Positions 28,474-37,644 are shown, counted from the first letter of the stretch. The stretch is DNA of 62,771 nucleotides from an uncultured Bacteroidota bacterium (GCA_903875055.1 CAIQUX010000247.1:1-62771); one strand, 5' to 3'. Notes: generated by a model from the letters alone, not told the origin. Numbers and translations: made by a program.

Positions 28474-29121
28474 ATGTCATTCAACACAATACTCAATTTT
28501 TTTCAACCCCGAGACAGGGTTTTCTACGGACTTTTCGAAAAGGTGGTCGAAACCAATAAGGTGATGGCCATCTATCTCAATGAGTTTGTTAATATTTCTG
28601 ATTTTGAAGAAAGAGAAGCCGTATTGAAGAAGATTGAAAATCTTGAGCACCAGAATGATGAAAATACCCACCAGATTTTTACCGAACTAGGCAGGAATTT
28701 TATCACACCGTTTGACCGGGAAGATATCCATTATCTGGCTTCTGCTCTCGATGATATTGCAGATTATATCTACGCATCTGCAAAGAAAATCAATTTGTAT
28801 AAAGTAGATCCGCACGATAAAGGCATCCACAAAATGGCTGAGTTGATCGAGCAAGGAACAGAAGCAATCCGTATTTCGGTATTGGAACTTCGTACTATGA
28901 AGAACATCGGCATCATCACCACAGCCCTTGTGAAAGTAAACAGTCTTGAAAATCAGGCCGACGAAGTCTATGACATGAGTATCGAGCGTTTGTTTGCCAC
29001 CGAGAATGATGCCAAAGAAGTGATGAAGAAGAGAGAGATTTTTCATGCACTCGAAACAGCCACTGATAAATGTGAGGATGCTGCCAATGTCATTGAAAGT
29101 ATTATTATTAAATATGCATAA
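28474..29121 (+). CDS. DUF47 family (PhoU-like) Pit accessory protein
   Basis: LEHQND, FITPFDREDI..LA..LDD, LENQAD, LE.ATDKCED; upstream of pit. Confidence 0.92.
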   Translation: MSFNTILNFFQPRDRVFYGLFEKVVETNKVMAIYLNEFVNISDFEEREAVLKKIENLEHQNDENTHQIFTELGRNFITPFDREDIHYLASALDDIADYIYASAKKINLYKVDPHDKGIHKMAELIEQGTEAIRISVLELRTMKNIGIITTALVKVNSLENQADEVYDMSIERLFATENDAKEVMKKREIFHALETATDKCEDAANVIESIIIKYA

Positions 29122-29124
29122 GAA

Positions 29125-29311
29125 TAGTTACAAGTTAAAAGATAATAGCTATAAGGGATTGGTTAAAAGGTATTAGTTATAAGCTATTAAAAACACATGA
29201 TAAAAGGACTTTTCATTTAAAATATATCCATCACTAACTCCTAACTCTTATCTTATATCTTCTAACTTTTAACTTATGACTCCTCACCACTAACTCTTAC
29301 CACCTAACTAA
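29125..29311. repeat. Inverted pair of degenerate heptamer tandem arrays
   Basis: 9 x (T/A)AGTTA(T/A)-like units at 29125-29187 and 11 x TAACTNN-like units at 29235-29311; the two arms are reverse complements in consensus. Confidence 0.75.
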
Positions 29312-29317
29312 ATATAC

Positions 29318-30976
29318 ATGTCTTTACTTCTAGTTATCATTATCCTGGCACTGATCTTTGATTATATCAATGGGTTTCATGATGCGGCGAATTCCATAGC
29401 TACTGTGGTTTCAACAAAAGTACTTACTCCTTTTCAGGCAGTATTGTGGGCGGCCTTCTTTAATGTGGTTGCCTTTTTCATTTTCAAGGATCATGCAGTG
29501 GCCAATACCATTGGTAAGACCGTGAATGCCGATTTCATTACCCTGCCAGTCATCTTATCAGGTATCATAGCTGCCATTATATGGAATCTCCTCACATGGT
29601 GGTATGGTATTCCATCATCCTCATCCCATACTTTGATAGGTGGATTTGCCGGTGCGGGTATCACACATGCCATCCTCACCAAAGGATGGATGCCGCTTTC
29701 TGACATGGTTGACATCAATAAGGTTATTCAAATATTCTTATTTATCTTTCTTGCTCCATTTGTTGGAATGTTTATCTCTATCTTTTTCAGTATCGTGTTT
29801 GTTAGCCGTAATACTTGGTTGAAATCCGGTATCCTCTTTGCATCCTCTATAGGAATTTGGTTCTTGTTTCAGAACTTTCAGGAGAACAAGATCAATGAGA
29901 ATATCGCCAAGTACTTTAAGGTGGATAAGTATAGAAAGGAGATGGCTACAGACACCACCAAGATAAAAAGCTATCATGAAGCAGTTGCTAATTCGGCTGT
30001 CGCTGAAAAGTTTGTGAATGATTATGAAAAAAAAGGGGGAGAAGGAGTAGCGGAGAATATAATTGCCAATATTGATAAACCAAGTCTTAAACACTTTGAA
30101 GTGTCTATTTTGAAAGATAAGGTAAAAAAGTTCCTTCAACTTGAACGGCTCAAAATTCTTGCTTCCAAGAACGAGAAGAGCAAAGTTGAATTTATGTCTG
30201 CGCAACATGGAATGGAAAGCATCGTTCCGCTATTAAAAAAATATCATGAAATTGGCTATGACAGTATGGTCATTTCGATTGCGAATGTTTATCCCATGAG
30301 TCCTTCAGAACTGGATAAGTTTAAGAAAAAAGTGAATGTGGATGTAAAAGCCGACCTGATGTCAGAGATGAGCAAAGCCGATAATAAATTCCTACGTTGG
30401 TTCATGATTGCAGGTCTCCTCATTTTTATAGCGGCATTCTGGTGGACCGAGAAACTCAATCAGCCAAGTGCAGCCCGCACTGGTAATATGTTCAAACGTC
30501 TGCAATTGCTGTCATCGGCCGCCTTCAGTATCGGCCATGGTGGTAATGATGCACAAAAAGTGATGGGTATCATCGCCGCAGCCCTCGTGGCCAATGGCGA
30601 TTTGGCCGATATCAAATCTATGCCCGATTGGATACCCATAGCTTGTTATACTGCTATCGGTCTGGGAACCTTAAGTGGTGGTTGGAAGATTATCAAAACC
30701 ATGGGTACTAAGATCACTAAGGTAACTCCGCTCGAAGGTGTTTGTGCCGAAACAGCGGGTGCCACAACCTTATTCCTCACCGAGCAGATGGGTATACCTG
30801 TATCAACAACCCACACCATTACTGGAGCCATCATCGGAGCAGGTGCCACCAAACGTCTGAGTGCAGTACGTTGGGGTGTCACGATCAATCTCTTATGGGC
30901 CTGGGTACTCACCATTCCTATCAGCGGTATCCTTGCCGCCATCGTGTATTGGATAGTCAGTTTCTTTTTAAAGTAA
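29318..30976 (+). CDS. pit: PiT family inorganic phosphate transporter with a large central insertion
   Basis: NGFHDAANSIAT and HGGNDAQK signature motifs, GIPSSSSH, GIPVSTTH; 552 aa. Confidence 0.93.
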   Translation: MSLLLVIIILALIFDYINGFHDAANSIATVVSTKVLTPFQAVLWAAFFNVVAFFIFKDHAVANTIGKTVNADFITLPVILSGIIAAIIWNLLTWWYGIPSSSSHTLIGGFAGAGITHAILTKGWMPLSDMVDINKVIQIFLFIFLAPFVGMFISIFFSIVFVSRNTWLKSGILFASSIGIWFLFQNFQENKINENIAKYFKVDKYRKEMATDTTKIKSYHEAVANSAVAEKFVNDYEKKGGEGVAENIIANIDKPSLKHFEVSILKDKVKKFLQLERLKILASKNEKSKVEFMSAQHGMESIVPLLKKYHEIGYDSMVISIANVYPMSPSELDKFKKKVNVDVKADLMSEMSKADNKFLRWFMIAGLLIFIAAFWWTEKLNQPSAARTGNMFKRLQLLSSAAFSIGHGGNDAQKVMGIIAAALVANGDLADIKSMPDWIPIACYTAIGLGTLSGGWKIIKTMGTKITKVTPLEGVCAETAGATTLFLTEQMGIPVSTTHTITGAIIGAGATKRLSAVRWGVTINLLWAWVLTIPISGILAAIVYWIVSFFLK

Positions 30977-31153
30977 CAGGCTGTTCTATTCTCATTACAA
31001 ATTATCCGGTCTTCTGTGGATTAGTTTATTCACGCCATACACTTAAATGTATTTGATTTTATTTTCATGTGAATATTTTCTGACTAATTATCAGATTATA
31101 TCCTATGACTCGTAGGAGAAATTTGTAATATTACGTTCATAAAAATTTTATGC

Positions 31154-32413
31154 ATGAAAAAAATATCACTCTTATTACTTTGCTGTGCAACTCTCAGTCA
31201 GCAAAAGTCGATGGCCGGTGGCTTTAAAGTCGCCCTCCAGGGTCAGAAACAAACCGGTATGGCCAGCGTAGGCGTGGGCTATGCACAGGATGCAGCCACC
31301 ATTTACTTCAACCCGGCCGGTCTGAGCTTTGTCAACAACCAGATCAATGCCGGTGGCAATCTGCTTTTCCCAAGTACCAGCTTTTTTGAAAAAGGAACCA
31401 ACACGGTCTACCATACTGCCAGCCAGTCCTTTACTCCGTTTTCGCTCTATGGCAGTTGTAATGTTTCCAAATCGATAAAATTCGGAATGGGACTTTATAC
31501 ACCCTTTGGAACAGGTGTTAAATATCCTACCGATTGGAGTGGCCGCTATATCCTTCATCAGATTAATCTTCAAACTATCTTTGCACAGCCAACTTTATCA
31601 TGGAAGATATCTGATCATTTTTCGCTTGGCGCCGGACTCATTTATGCCTACGGCAACGTACTTCTTGAAAAAGATATTCCTGTCACCAGCGATAAAGGCG
31701 ATGCTGTTGCCAATGCACAACTGAAAGGTAAAGGCCACGGATTCGGTTTTAATGCCGGAGCCTACTTGAAAGCCACCGACAATTTAAGCATCGGGTTGAC
31801 TTATCATTCTAGAGTAAATATGAATGTGAACGATGGTAAAGCCACCTTCTCGAATATTCCTGCCGGATTGACCAGCACCTTCCCTCCGAGCAATACCTTT
31901 TCAACACAACTGGCCTTGCCGGGTGAAGTAGACTTCGGCTTTTCTTACAAAATCGTACAAGACCTGACCGTGGCGGTCGATTTCAATCACACTTTCTGGA
32001 GTTCGTATGATTCCTTAGGGTTCAATTATGCCGTCAATACCAGTGCGGTGACTGATAATAAATCTCCCCGTTTATATGAGAATGCATCATGTATCCGTTT
32101 TGGAGCTCAATATGCGGCTTCAAAAAATATCAGCGTGAGGGCTGGCTTGTTTTTTGATCAGACACCTGTCAGAGATGGTTATGTATCACCAGAATTGCCT
32201 GATAACAACAAGACAGGTTTAACTGCTGGCGCTACCTTTAAACTCGATCAGAGCTTTGTTTTTGATATCTCCTTATTGTATGAGAATGTAGCTTCACGCA
32301 CACAAAAAAATATCGAGACAGGACTCGACGGAACCTTCCAGACCCGAGTGATTGCCCCGGGTATTGGATTAACCTATTTATTTAACCGATCATCTAAAAC
32401 AACTATCAAATAA
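31154..32413 (+). CDS. FadL/OmpP1 family outer-membrane long-chain fatty acid transporter
   Basis: Mature N-terminus GGFKV..QG, DA.TIYFNPAGL, YTPFG, DQTPV...PELPD. Confidence 0.9.
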   Translation: MKKISLLLLCCATLSQQKSMAGGFKVALQGQKQTGMASVGVGYAQDAATIYFNPAGLSFVNNQINAGGNLLFPSTSFFEKGTNTVYHTASQSFTPFSLYGSCNVSKSIKFGMGLYTPFGTGVKYPTDWSGRYILHQINLQTIFAQPTLSWKISDHFSLGAGLIYAYGNVLLEKDIPVTSDKGDAVANAQLKGKGHGFGFNAGAYLKATDNLSIGLTYHSRVNMNVNDGKATFSNIPAGLTSTFPPSNTFSTQLALPGEVDFGFSYKIVQDLTVAVDFNHTFWSSYDSLGFNYAVNTSAVTDNKSPRLYENASCIRFGAQYAASKNISVRAGLFFDQTPVRDGYVSPELPDNNKTGLTAGATFKLDQSFVFDISLLYENVASRTQKNIETGLDGTFQTRVIAPGIGLTYLFNRSSKTTIK

Positions 32414-33753
32414 TGAAGAAAGTAACTTATATACTATATACAGCAGGTGTCATGATGACATTATTCTCATGCAAACCCAATTTGAAACAAAATCCGGTAT
32501 CAAGCGGTACTGCCGATTTCTCACGCTATGTGGCGATTGGTAATTCATTGACTTCCGGTTATGCCGATGGTGCCTTGTACAAAGACGGCCAAGTGAATTC
32601 GTATCCGAATATGCTGGCCACCCAATTCAGGCAAGCAGGCGGCGGCGATTTTAATATTCCTTATATGGATGCCGGCGGTGGTAACGATGGTAGTGGTACT
32701 CCTCGTCGAATACTTGGGTATGTGATGCCATGCAACAGCACGACACCAACGATCTCTCCGATTTTAGATCCCGCAGGATTTACCGCACTTAATAATGTAG
32801 CCGCAGGCGGACCTTATAATATGGTAGGCGTTCCGGGTGCCCGTGCTATCGATGCGACCTTCCCTTTATACAGTGCTTTCAATCCGTTTCTGCAACGTTT
32901 TTGCCAGACACCGGGTACCAGTACCTTGTTAAGCGAAGCACTGCGTGTGAATCCAACTTTCTTCACACTATTCCTCGGAAGCAATGATGTGTTGCTTTAT
33001 GCCACAGGTGGTGCCGTGCCTCCAACAAATCAATTCAGTCCGACCATTTCAGATCCTGCGGCTGTCCAGGCTGCCTTGACCATGATGGTTGACTCATTGA
33101 CAAAAACCGGTGCTAAAGGAGCTATTGCCAATGTACCTGATGTGACTTCGATTCCTTATTTCACCACTATCCCATGGAACGGTGTGGTATTGACTCAAGG
33201 TAAGGCTGATACGCTGAATGCATTATATGCAGGGAATAGCCTGCCAGGGATCACATGGCATGCAGGTGCCAATGGTTTCATGATTGTGGATAGTTCGGCA
33301 GGTTTAACGAACGGATTTATGCGTCATGCTACCGCCTCGGATTATATCTTGCTTACCACACCCGGTGATTCGTTGAGTTGCGGCATGTGGGGTGTCTATC
33401 CGAATAAACCCTTGAAGGATCAATATGTACTGGATGCTGTTGAAGCATTGGCCGTTTCGAATGCGACACAACTATACAATAGTTCAATTGCATCGATTGC
33501 GTCAAACTATAATATCGCCCATGTGGATATCAATGCGTTATTAAAAACCTTGAAATCAGGGTTTATCTATAACGGGGTTACATTCAATGCATCGTTCGTA
33601 ACGGGTGGAGCCTTCAGTCTTGATGGTGTTCATCCGAATCCAAGAGGTTATTCCTTTATAGCGAATGAGTTTATCAAGGCCATCAATACTAAATACAAAT
33701 CAACACTTCCTTTAGTGAATACGATTCAGTTCAATGGAGTGATATTCCCATAA
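32413..33753 (+). CDS. SGNH/GDSL family lipolytic lipoprotein
   Basis: Lipobox TLFSC, AIGNSLTSG (block I), LGSNDVL (block III), SLDGVHP (block V). Confidence 0.9.
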   Translation: MKKVTYILYTAGVMMTLFSCKPNLKQNPVSSGTADFSRYVAIGNSLTSGYADGALYKDGQVNSYPNMLATQFRQAGGGDFNIPYMDAGGGNDGSGTPRRILGYVMPCNSTTPTISPILDPAGFTALNNVAAGGPYNMVGVPGARAIDATFPLYSAFNPFLQRFCQTPGTSTLLSEALRVNPTFFTLFLGSNDVLLYATGGAVPPTNQFSPTISDPAAVQAALTMMVDSLTKTGAKGAIANVPDVTSIPYFTTIPWNGVVLTQGKADTLNALYAGNSLPGITWHAGANGFMIVDSSAGLTNGFMRHATASDYILLTTPGDSLSCGMWGVYPNKPLKDQYVLDAVEALAVSNATQLYNSSIASIASNYNIAHVDINALLKTLKSGFIYNGVTFNASFVTGGAFSLDGVHPNPRGYSFIANEFIKAINTKYKSTLPLVNTIQFNGVIFP

Positions 33754-33774
33754 GGGAAACCTGAATAAAATTTG

Positions 33775-33805
33775 AAAGACTGCCCGAATACGGCAGTCTT
33801 TTTTT
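33775..33805 (+). terminator. Intrinsic terminator
   Basis: AAAGACTGCC-cgaatac-GGCAGTCTTT-TTTT. Confidence 0.85.
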
Positions 33806-33878
33806 ATCACCGTATTTGGATTCGTCGTCTCATTTTTCAGTGGTTCGTGTAAATGCCAATTACTTTTGCCTTCTTACA

Positions 33879-35000
33879 ATGATTAGGAATAAGAATTTGC
33901 TGACTCACGTGATGGTATCCATCGGATTTCTGCTGATTCCGTTTTTATTTCTCGCAGGTGAAATGGCCTCTTTTCATCGTGGTTTTCAAAATCCGTATGA
34001 TTCGTTTACCATCGTAGGTTATTTATTTCTCTTGTCGTTTTATTATCTTAATCACTTTGTGCTCATACCTAACTATTACTTTCCTAAAAAGTATGTACAG
34101 TATATCAGTATACTCGTCCTTATTTTTACCGTGCTGATGATCATTTACTACTTACTCGATCATCGTTTTCATCATCATCATGCCGGACCTTGGGGACATG
34201 GGGCAATAGAAGGCTCTTCGCATGAGGATGGCCCAGGTGGTCATCAGGTTTTAACTCCTCAGTTTCAAGGAAATGGTGACCGACATCATGAATCACCTAT
34301 TTTTCGGCATCCACCGCCCATCTTTCAGGTCAGTCAGATGTTATTTCTTTACCTGATTGGTATTTTTGTGAACCTGTATGTACGAATCAAAAAGAATATG
34401 GATGCCATCGAGGTTGAGAAAAATAACGCCGAGTTATCATACCTTAAGTCACAGATTAATCCGCATTTCCTGTTCAATACCTTTAATAGTATCTATTCGC
34501 TGGCCATCAGGGAAAATGCCGAACGGACTGCTAATGGCATGTTGAAGCTTTCGGGTATGATGCGGTATGTGGTGTCTGAATCATCGTCAGAATTTGTGCC
34601 CTTGGAGAAAGAGATCACCTATATCAATAATTTTATCGAGCTTCAGAAATTGAGGTTGGACAAAGGGGTGAAATTTGATTATGAATTACAAGGCTCTTTT
34701 GAAGGCAAACGAATTGCGCCACTATTGCTGATACCTTTTATCGAGAATGCCTTCAAGCATGGTGTCAACCCGGATGAGAATTCCTCGATTCTGATCAAGT
34801 TTGAGATTGGTGATGACGATTTGCATTTATATGTTGAGAATAATAAAGTAACGACCTATCATGAGATGAGTGAAAAGATGGGTTTCGGTATTGAGAATAC
34901 CAAAAACAGATTGAAACTACTGTATCCTTCGAAGCACACGATCGTGATTATCGATACCAATAAAAAATATCAGGTAAACTTAAAATTGACATTCGTATGA
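33879..35000 (+). CDS. LytS-type sensor histidine kinase
   Basis: LKSQINPHFLFN H-box, PFIENAFKHG, GFGIENTKNRL; start MIRNK follows a TACTTTTG -7 box. Confidence 0.92.
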   Translation: MIRNKNLLTHVMVSIGFLLIPFLFLAGEMASFHRGFQNPYDSFTIVGYLFLLSFYYLNHFVLIPNYYFPKKYVQYISILVLIFTVLMIIYYLLDHRFHHHHAGPWGHGAIEGSSHEDGPGGHQVLTPQFQGNGDRHHESPIFRHPPPIFQVSQMLFLYLIGIFVNLYVRIKKNMDAIEVEKNNAELSYLKSQINPHFLFNTFNSIYSLAIRENAERTANGMLKLSGMMRYVVSESSSEFVPLEKEITYINNFIELQKLRLDKGVKFDYELQGSFEGKRIAPLLLIPFIENAFKHGVNPDENSSILIKFEIGDDDLHLYVENNKVTTYHEMSEKMGFGIENTKNRLKLLYPSKHTIVIIDTNKKYQVNLKLTFV

Positions 35001-35689
35001 TTTCAACTATTGCAATCGATGACGAACCGCTGGCGCTTGAACTGATCGAATCATTCTGTTCACGAATTGACACGATCAAACTCGAAAAGACATTTACCAA
35101 AGTGAACGAAGCGGAAAAATATATGAAACGCTTTCCTGTTGATTTGCTGTTACTGGATATCAATATGCCTTTGCTTTCCGGAATAGAGTTCTACAAGAAG
35201 ATTGAGCAGAATACCATGGTCATTTTTACGACAGCCTATAGTGAGTATGCCATTGAAGGCTTCAATCTGAATGCCATCGATTATATATTAAAACCTTATT
35301 CGTTTCAACGTTTTGAACAAGCGATCAAAAAGGCTACTGATTATTACGACTTTCTTCATCAGAAAAGTGATACTGTCATCAAGTTCATTTACATCAAAGC
35401 TGATTACAGTCTGATCAAGATCGCTCTGGAAGATATTCTCTATGTCGAAGCATTTGCCGATTATCTGAAAATTTATCTGCCGAATAAAAAAGCCATAACA
35501 GCACGACTCACAATGAAGGCTATGACAGAGAAATTGCCGACAACAAAATTTGTGCGTGTTCACAGATCGTTCATCCTGCCTATCAATAAGATATTATCTG
35601 TCAGAAATAAAATCATCACCATCGAAGGGAAGGAGATTCCTATCGGTGCCAGTTATGAAGAGGAATTAAACAAGTTGATCCAAAAATAG
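34997..35689 (+). CDS. LytTR family response regulator
   Basis: IDDEP, LDINMP, FTTAY, DYILKP, FVRVHRSF; overlaps the kinase stop codon. Confidence 0.94.
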   Translation: MISTIAIDDEPLALELIESFCSRIDTIKLEKTFTKVNEAEKYMKRFPVDLLLLDINMPLLSGIEFYKKIEQNTMVIFTTAYSEYAIEGFNLNAIDYILKPYSFQRFEQAIKKATDYYDFLHQKSDTVIKFIYIKADYSLIKIALEDILYVEAFADYLKIYLPNKKAITARLTMKAMTEKLPTTKFVRVHRSFILPINKILSVRNKIITIEGKEIPIGASYEEELNKLIQK

Positions 35690-35724
35690 AAGAGGCTAGA
35701 GCGGACAGGTTAGAAGTTCTGTGT

Positions 35725-36177
35725 TTAAGATTTAGAATAAACCATGGACATATGCGGAATCTCATCTTCGAGATAATGATGTCCTGTCGATTTGAATCCA
35801 AGTTCTGAATAGAATTTTTCAAGATAGGATTGCGCGCCTATTTTTATCTTCTCATTGAACATTTCCTTGCAAAGGGCTATGGATCGCTCCATCAATTCCT
35901 TGCCTATGCGTTGACCACGAACGGTAGATTTAGTAAGCACACGGCCGATGGCGCAATAGTCGTCATAAGCTAGACCTGTTGGCAACAAGCGACTGTAGGC
36001 CACCAGTTCACCGTCTTGCATACCCAGCAAATGATAACATTGCAGATCGCGATCATCACAATCCTGATAGGCACATTGCTGTTCAATCGCGAAAACCTCC
36101 ATCCGGAGTTTGAGAATGGCATAAAGTTCCTTTGTCGTCAATGTGTCAAAATGTTTACAAATGAATTCTGTTTGCAT
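35725..36177 (-). CDS. ElaA-like GNAT acetyltransferase
   Basis: LYAILKLR.EVF..EQ.C.YQDCD, IGRV, AQ.YLE.FY...GF, EDEIPH. Confidence 0.9.
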   Translation of the reverse strand: MQTEFICKHFDTLTTKELYAILKLRMEVFAIEQQCAYQDCDDRDLQCYHLLGMQDGELVAYSRLLPTGLAYDDYCAIGRVLTKSTVRGQRIGKELMERSIALCKEMFNEKIKIGAQSYLEKFYSELGFKSTGHHYLEDEIPHMSMVYSKS

Positions 36178-36188
36178 AATCGTTTGGT

Positions 36189-37001
36189 CTAGATAAATAA
36201 TGGTAATAAGGAAGAATTGCCGATAGTGTCAGCCATTTTTTGTACAGCCATTTTCCCTTTTTCGCCCAGATCGATGGAATAGTCATTGACATACAGATCG
36301 ATATGGTGTCGCATCACGTCTTCGTTCATTTCTTGTGCATGGCAGGTCACGAATTCGCTCAAGGCAGGATAGCACTTACGGCTTGACAGTATGCTTTCTT
36401 TAATTAGTAGATTGATCTTTTTCTGAATATCGTGATCCATGTTTCGCTTGATGGCAATACCGCCCAAAGGAATCGGCATACCGGTTTGCTGTTCCCAATA
36501 TTCGCCCAGATCCATCAGCTTATGCAATCCTTTTAGCTGATAGGTAAATCTGTTTTCATGAATAATCACACCAGCGTCGGCCTCATGATTCAATACGGCA
36601 TCCTCTATGGCGGAAAAGATATATTCGTTCTTTTGCAACTGACCGGGGAAGGCATACGACAGCAAGAAATTGGCCGTGGTATGAATACCGGGTATGGCAA
36701 TTCGATACGAAGACATATTGGTCAGATCGAGCGCTTCATTCGAAATCAGCAGAGGACCTACGCCAGTACCTAATGCACCACCGCTGTTTAGCATCACATA
36801 GCGTTCGAGCACATTGAAGTAATTGGCATAGCTTAGTTTGATAATGTCGAGTTCGCCTTTCAATGCCAGATTGTTTAACGTTTCGACATCTTCGAATACA
36901 AACTCGAATTCGAACGGAGCCGTGTCAATCGTCTTTGAATAAAGGGCATCAAAAATGAAGGTGTCGTTGGGGCAGGGCGATATGCCGATTCTGAGTTTCA
37001 A
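36189..37001 (-). CDS. mqnD: 1,4-dihydroxy-6-naphthoate synthase (futalosine pathway)
   Basis: SPCPNDTF, DVETLN, GGALG.GVGP, IIHENRFTY, DLGEYW, PIPLG, HIDLYVN. Confidence 0.92.
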   Translation of the reverse strand: MKLRIGISPCPNDTFIFDALYSKTIDTAPFEFEFVFEDVETLNNLALKGELDIIKLSYANYFNVLERYVMLNSGGALGTGVGPLLISNEALDLTNMSSYRIAIPGIHTTANFLLSYAFPGQLQKNEYIFSAIEDAVLNHEADAGVIIHENRFTYQLKGLHKLMDLGEYWEQQTGMPIPLGGIAIKRNMDHDIQKKINLLIKESILSSRKCYPALSEFVTCHAQEMNEDVMRHHIDLYVNDYSIDLGEKGKMAVQKMADTIGNSSLLPLFI

Positions 37002-37002
37002 G

Positions 37003-37644
37003 TTAGATAGCAGATGGGAGTTGGTAAACGAATTTTATGACTTCTTGCTGACAGCTTTGGAGGGCATCCGAAATCTTCCAGCGACTTTTATCTCTTGGCT
37101 CAACAAGATTTGAAATGCCTCTGAATTGTATAAAGGGGATATTTTCTTGTAAGCAAACATAATGCAGACAGGCACCCTCCATCGTTTCGATATCGGCGTT
37201 GAATTTTTCCTTGCGTTGACGAATACTCTTTTCATTTCCTGAGGTCATATTCACGGTTAGTCCGTTGACAGCTTTCAGATGTTGAATATTCCTGACAACC
37301 TCATTTAGCAAATGACCGTTGGTAAATGGAAAAGAATTTTTATCCAGCAGCTTGATATCAAACAAATCCAATATCGTATCGTGGTCTTCGGCACCGGTGT
37401 CACCAAGGCATTCTGAATACACGACCACCGTTTCACCAATCGAAAGTGAATCAGAATAAGTGCCTGCAATACCGCATTGAATGATGAGATCGGGTTTTTG
37501 CATACACAATTTTTGAAGATGATAAGTGGCTTGCAATAAGCCGGCACCATGTATATGAAACGAGATAGAATGCGATGTGTCAGAAAAGGAGTTTCTGAGC
37601 GGATCAAGTTCCATTTCAGTAGCAGCGGTGATAGTGATATTCAT
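37003..37644 (-). CDS. mqnB: Futalosine hydrolase (PNP/MTAN superfamily)
   Basis: AAT..E, GIAG, ETMEGAC, RGISN.VE.RD...W; upstream of mqnD; start set at MNITITAAT. Confidence 0.85.
   Translation of the reverse strand: MNITITAATEMELDPLRNSFSDTSHSISFHIHGAGLLQATYHLQKLCMQKPDLIIQCGIAGTYSDSLSIGETVVVYSECLGDTGAEDHDTILDLFDIKLLDKNSFPFTNGHLLNEVVRNIQHLKAVNGLTVNMTSGNEKSIRQRKEKFNADIETMEGACLHYVCLQENIPFIQFRGISNLVEPRDKSRWKISDALQSCQQEVIKFVYQLPSAI

Noticed and set aside
29125..29311. CRISPR array or IS/MITE interpretation of the repeats
   Set aside because: Units are 7 nt, degenerate and contiguous with no spacers; no cas gene, transposase or clear target-site duplication
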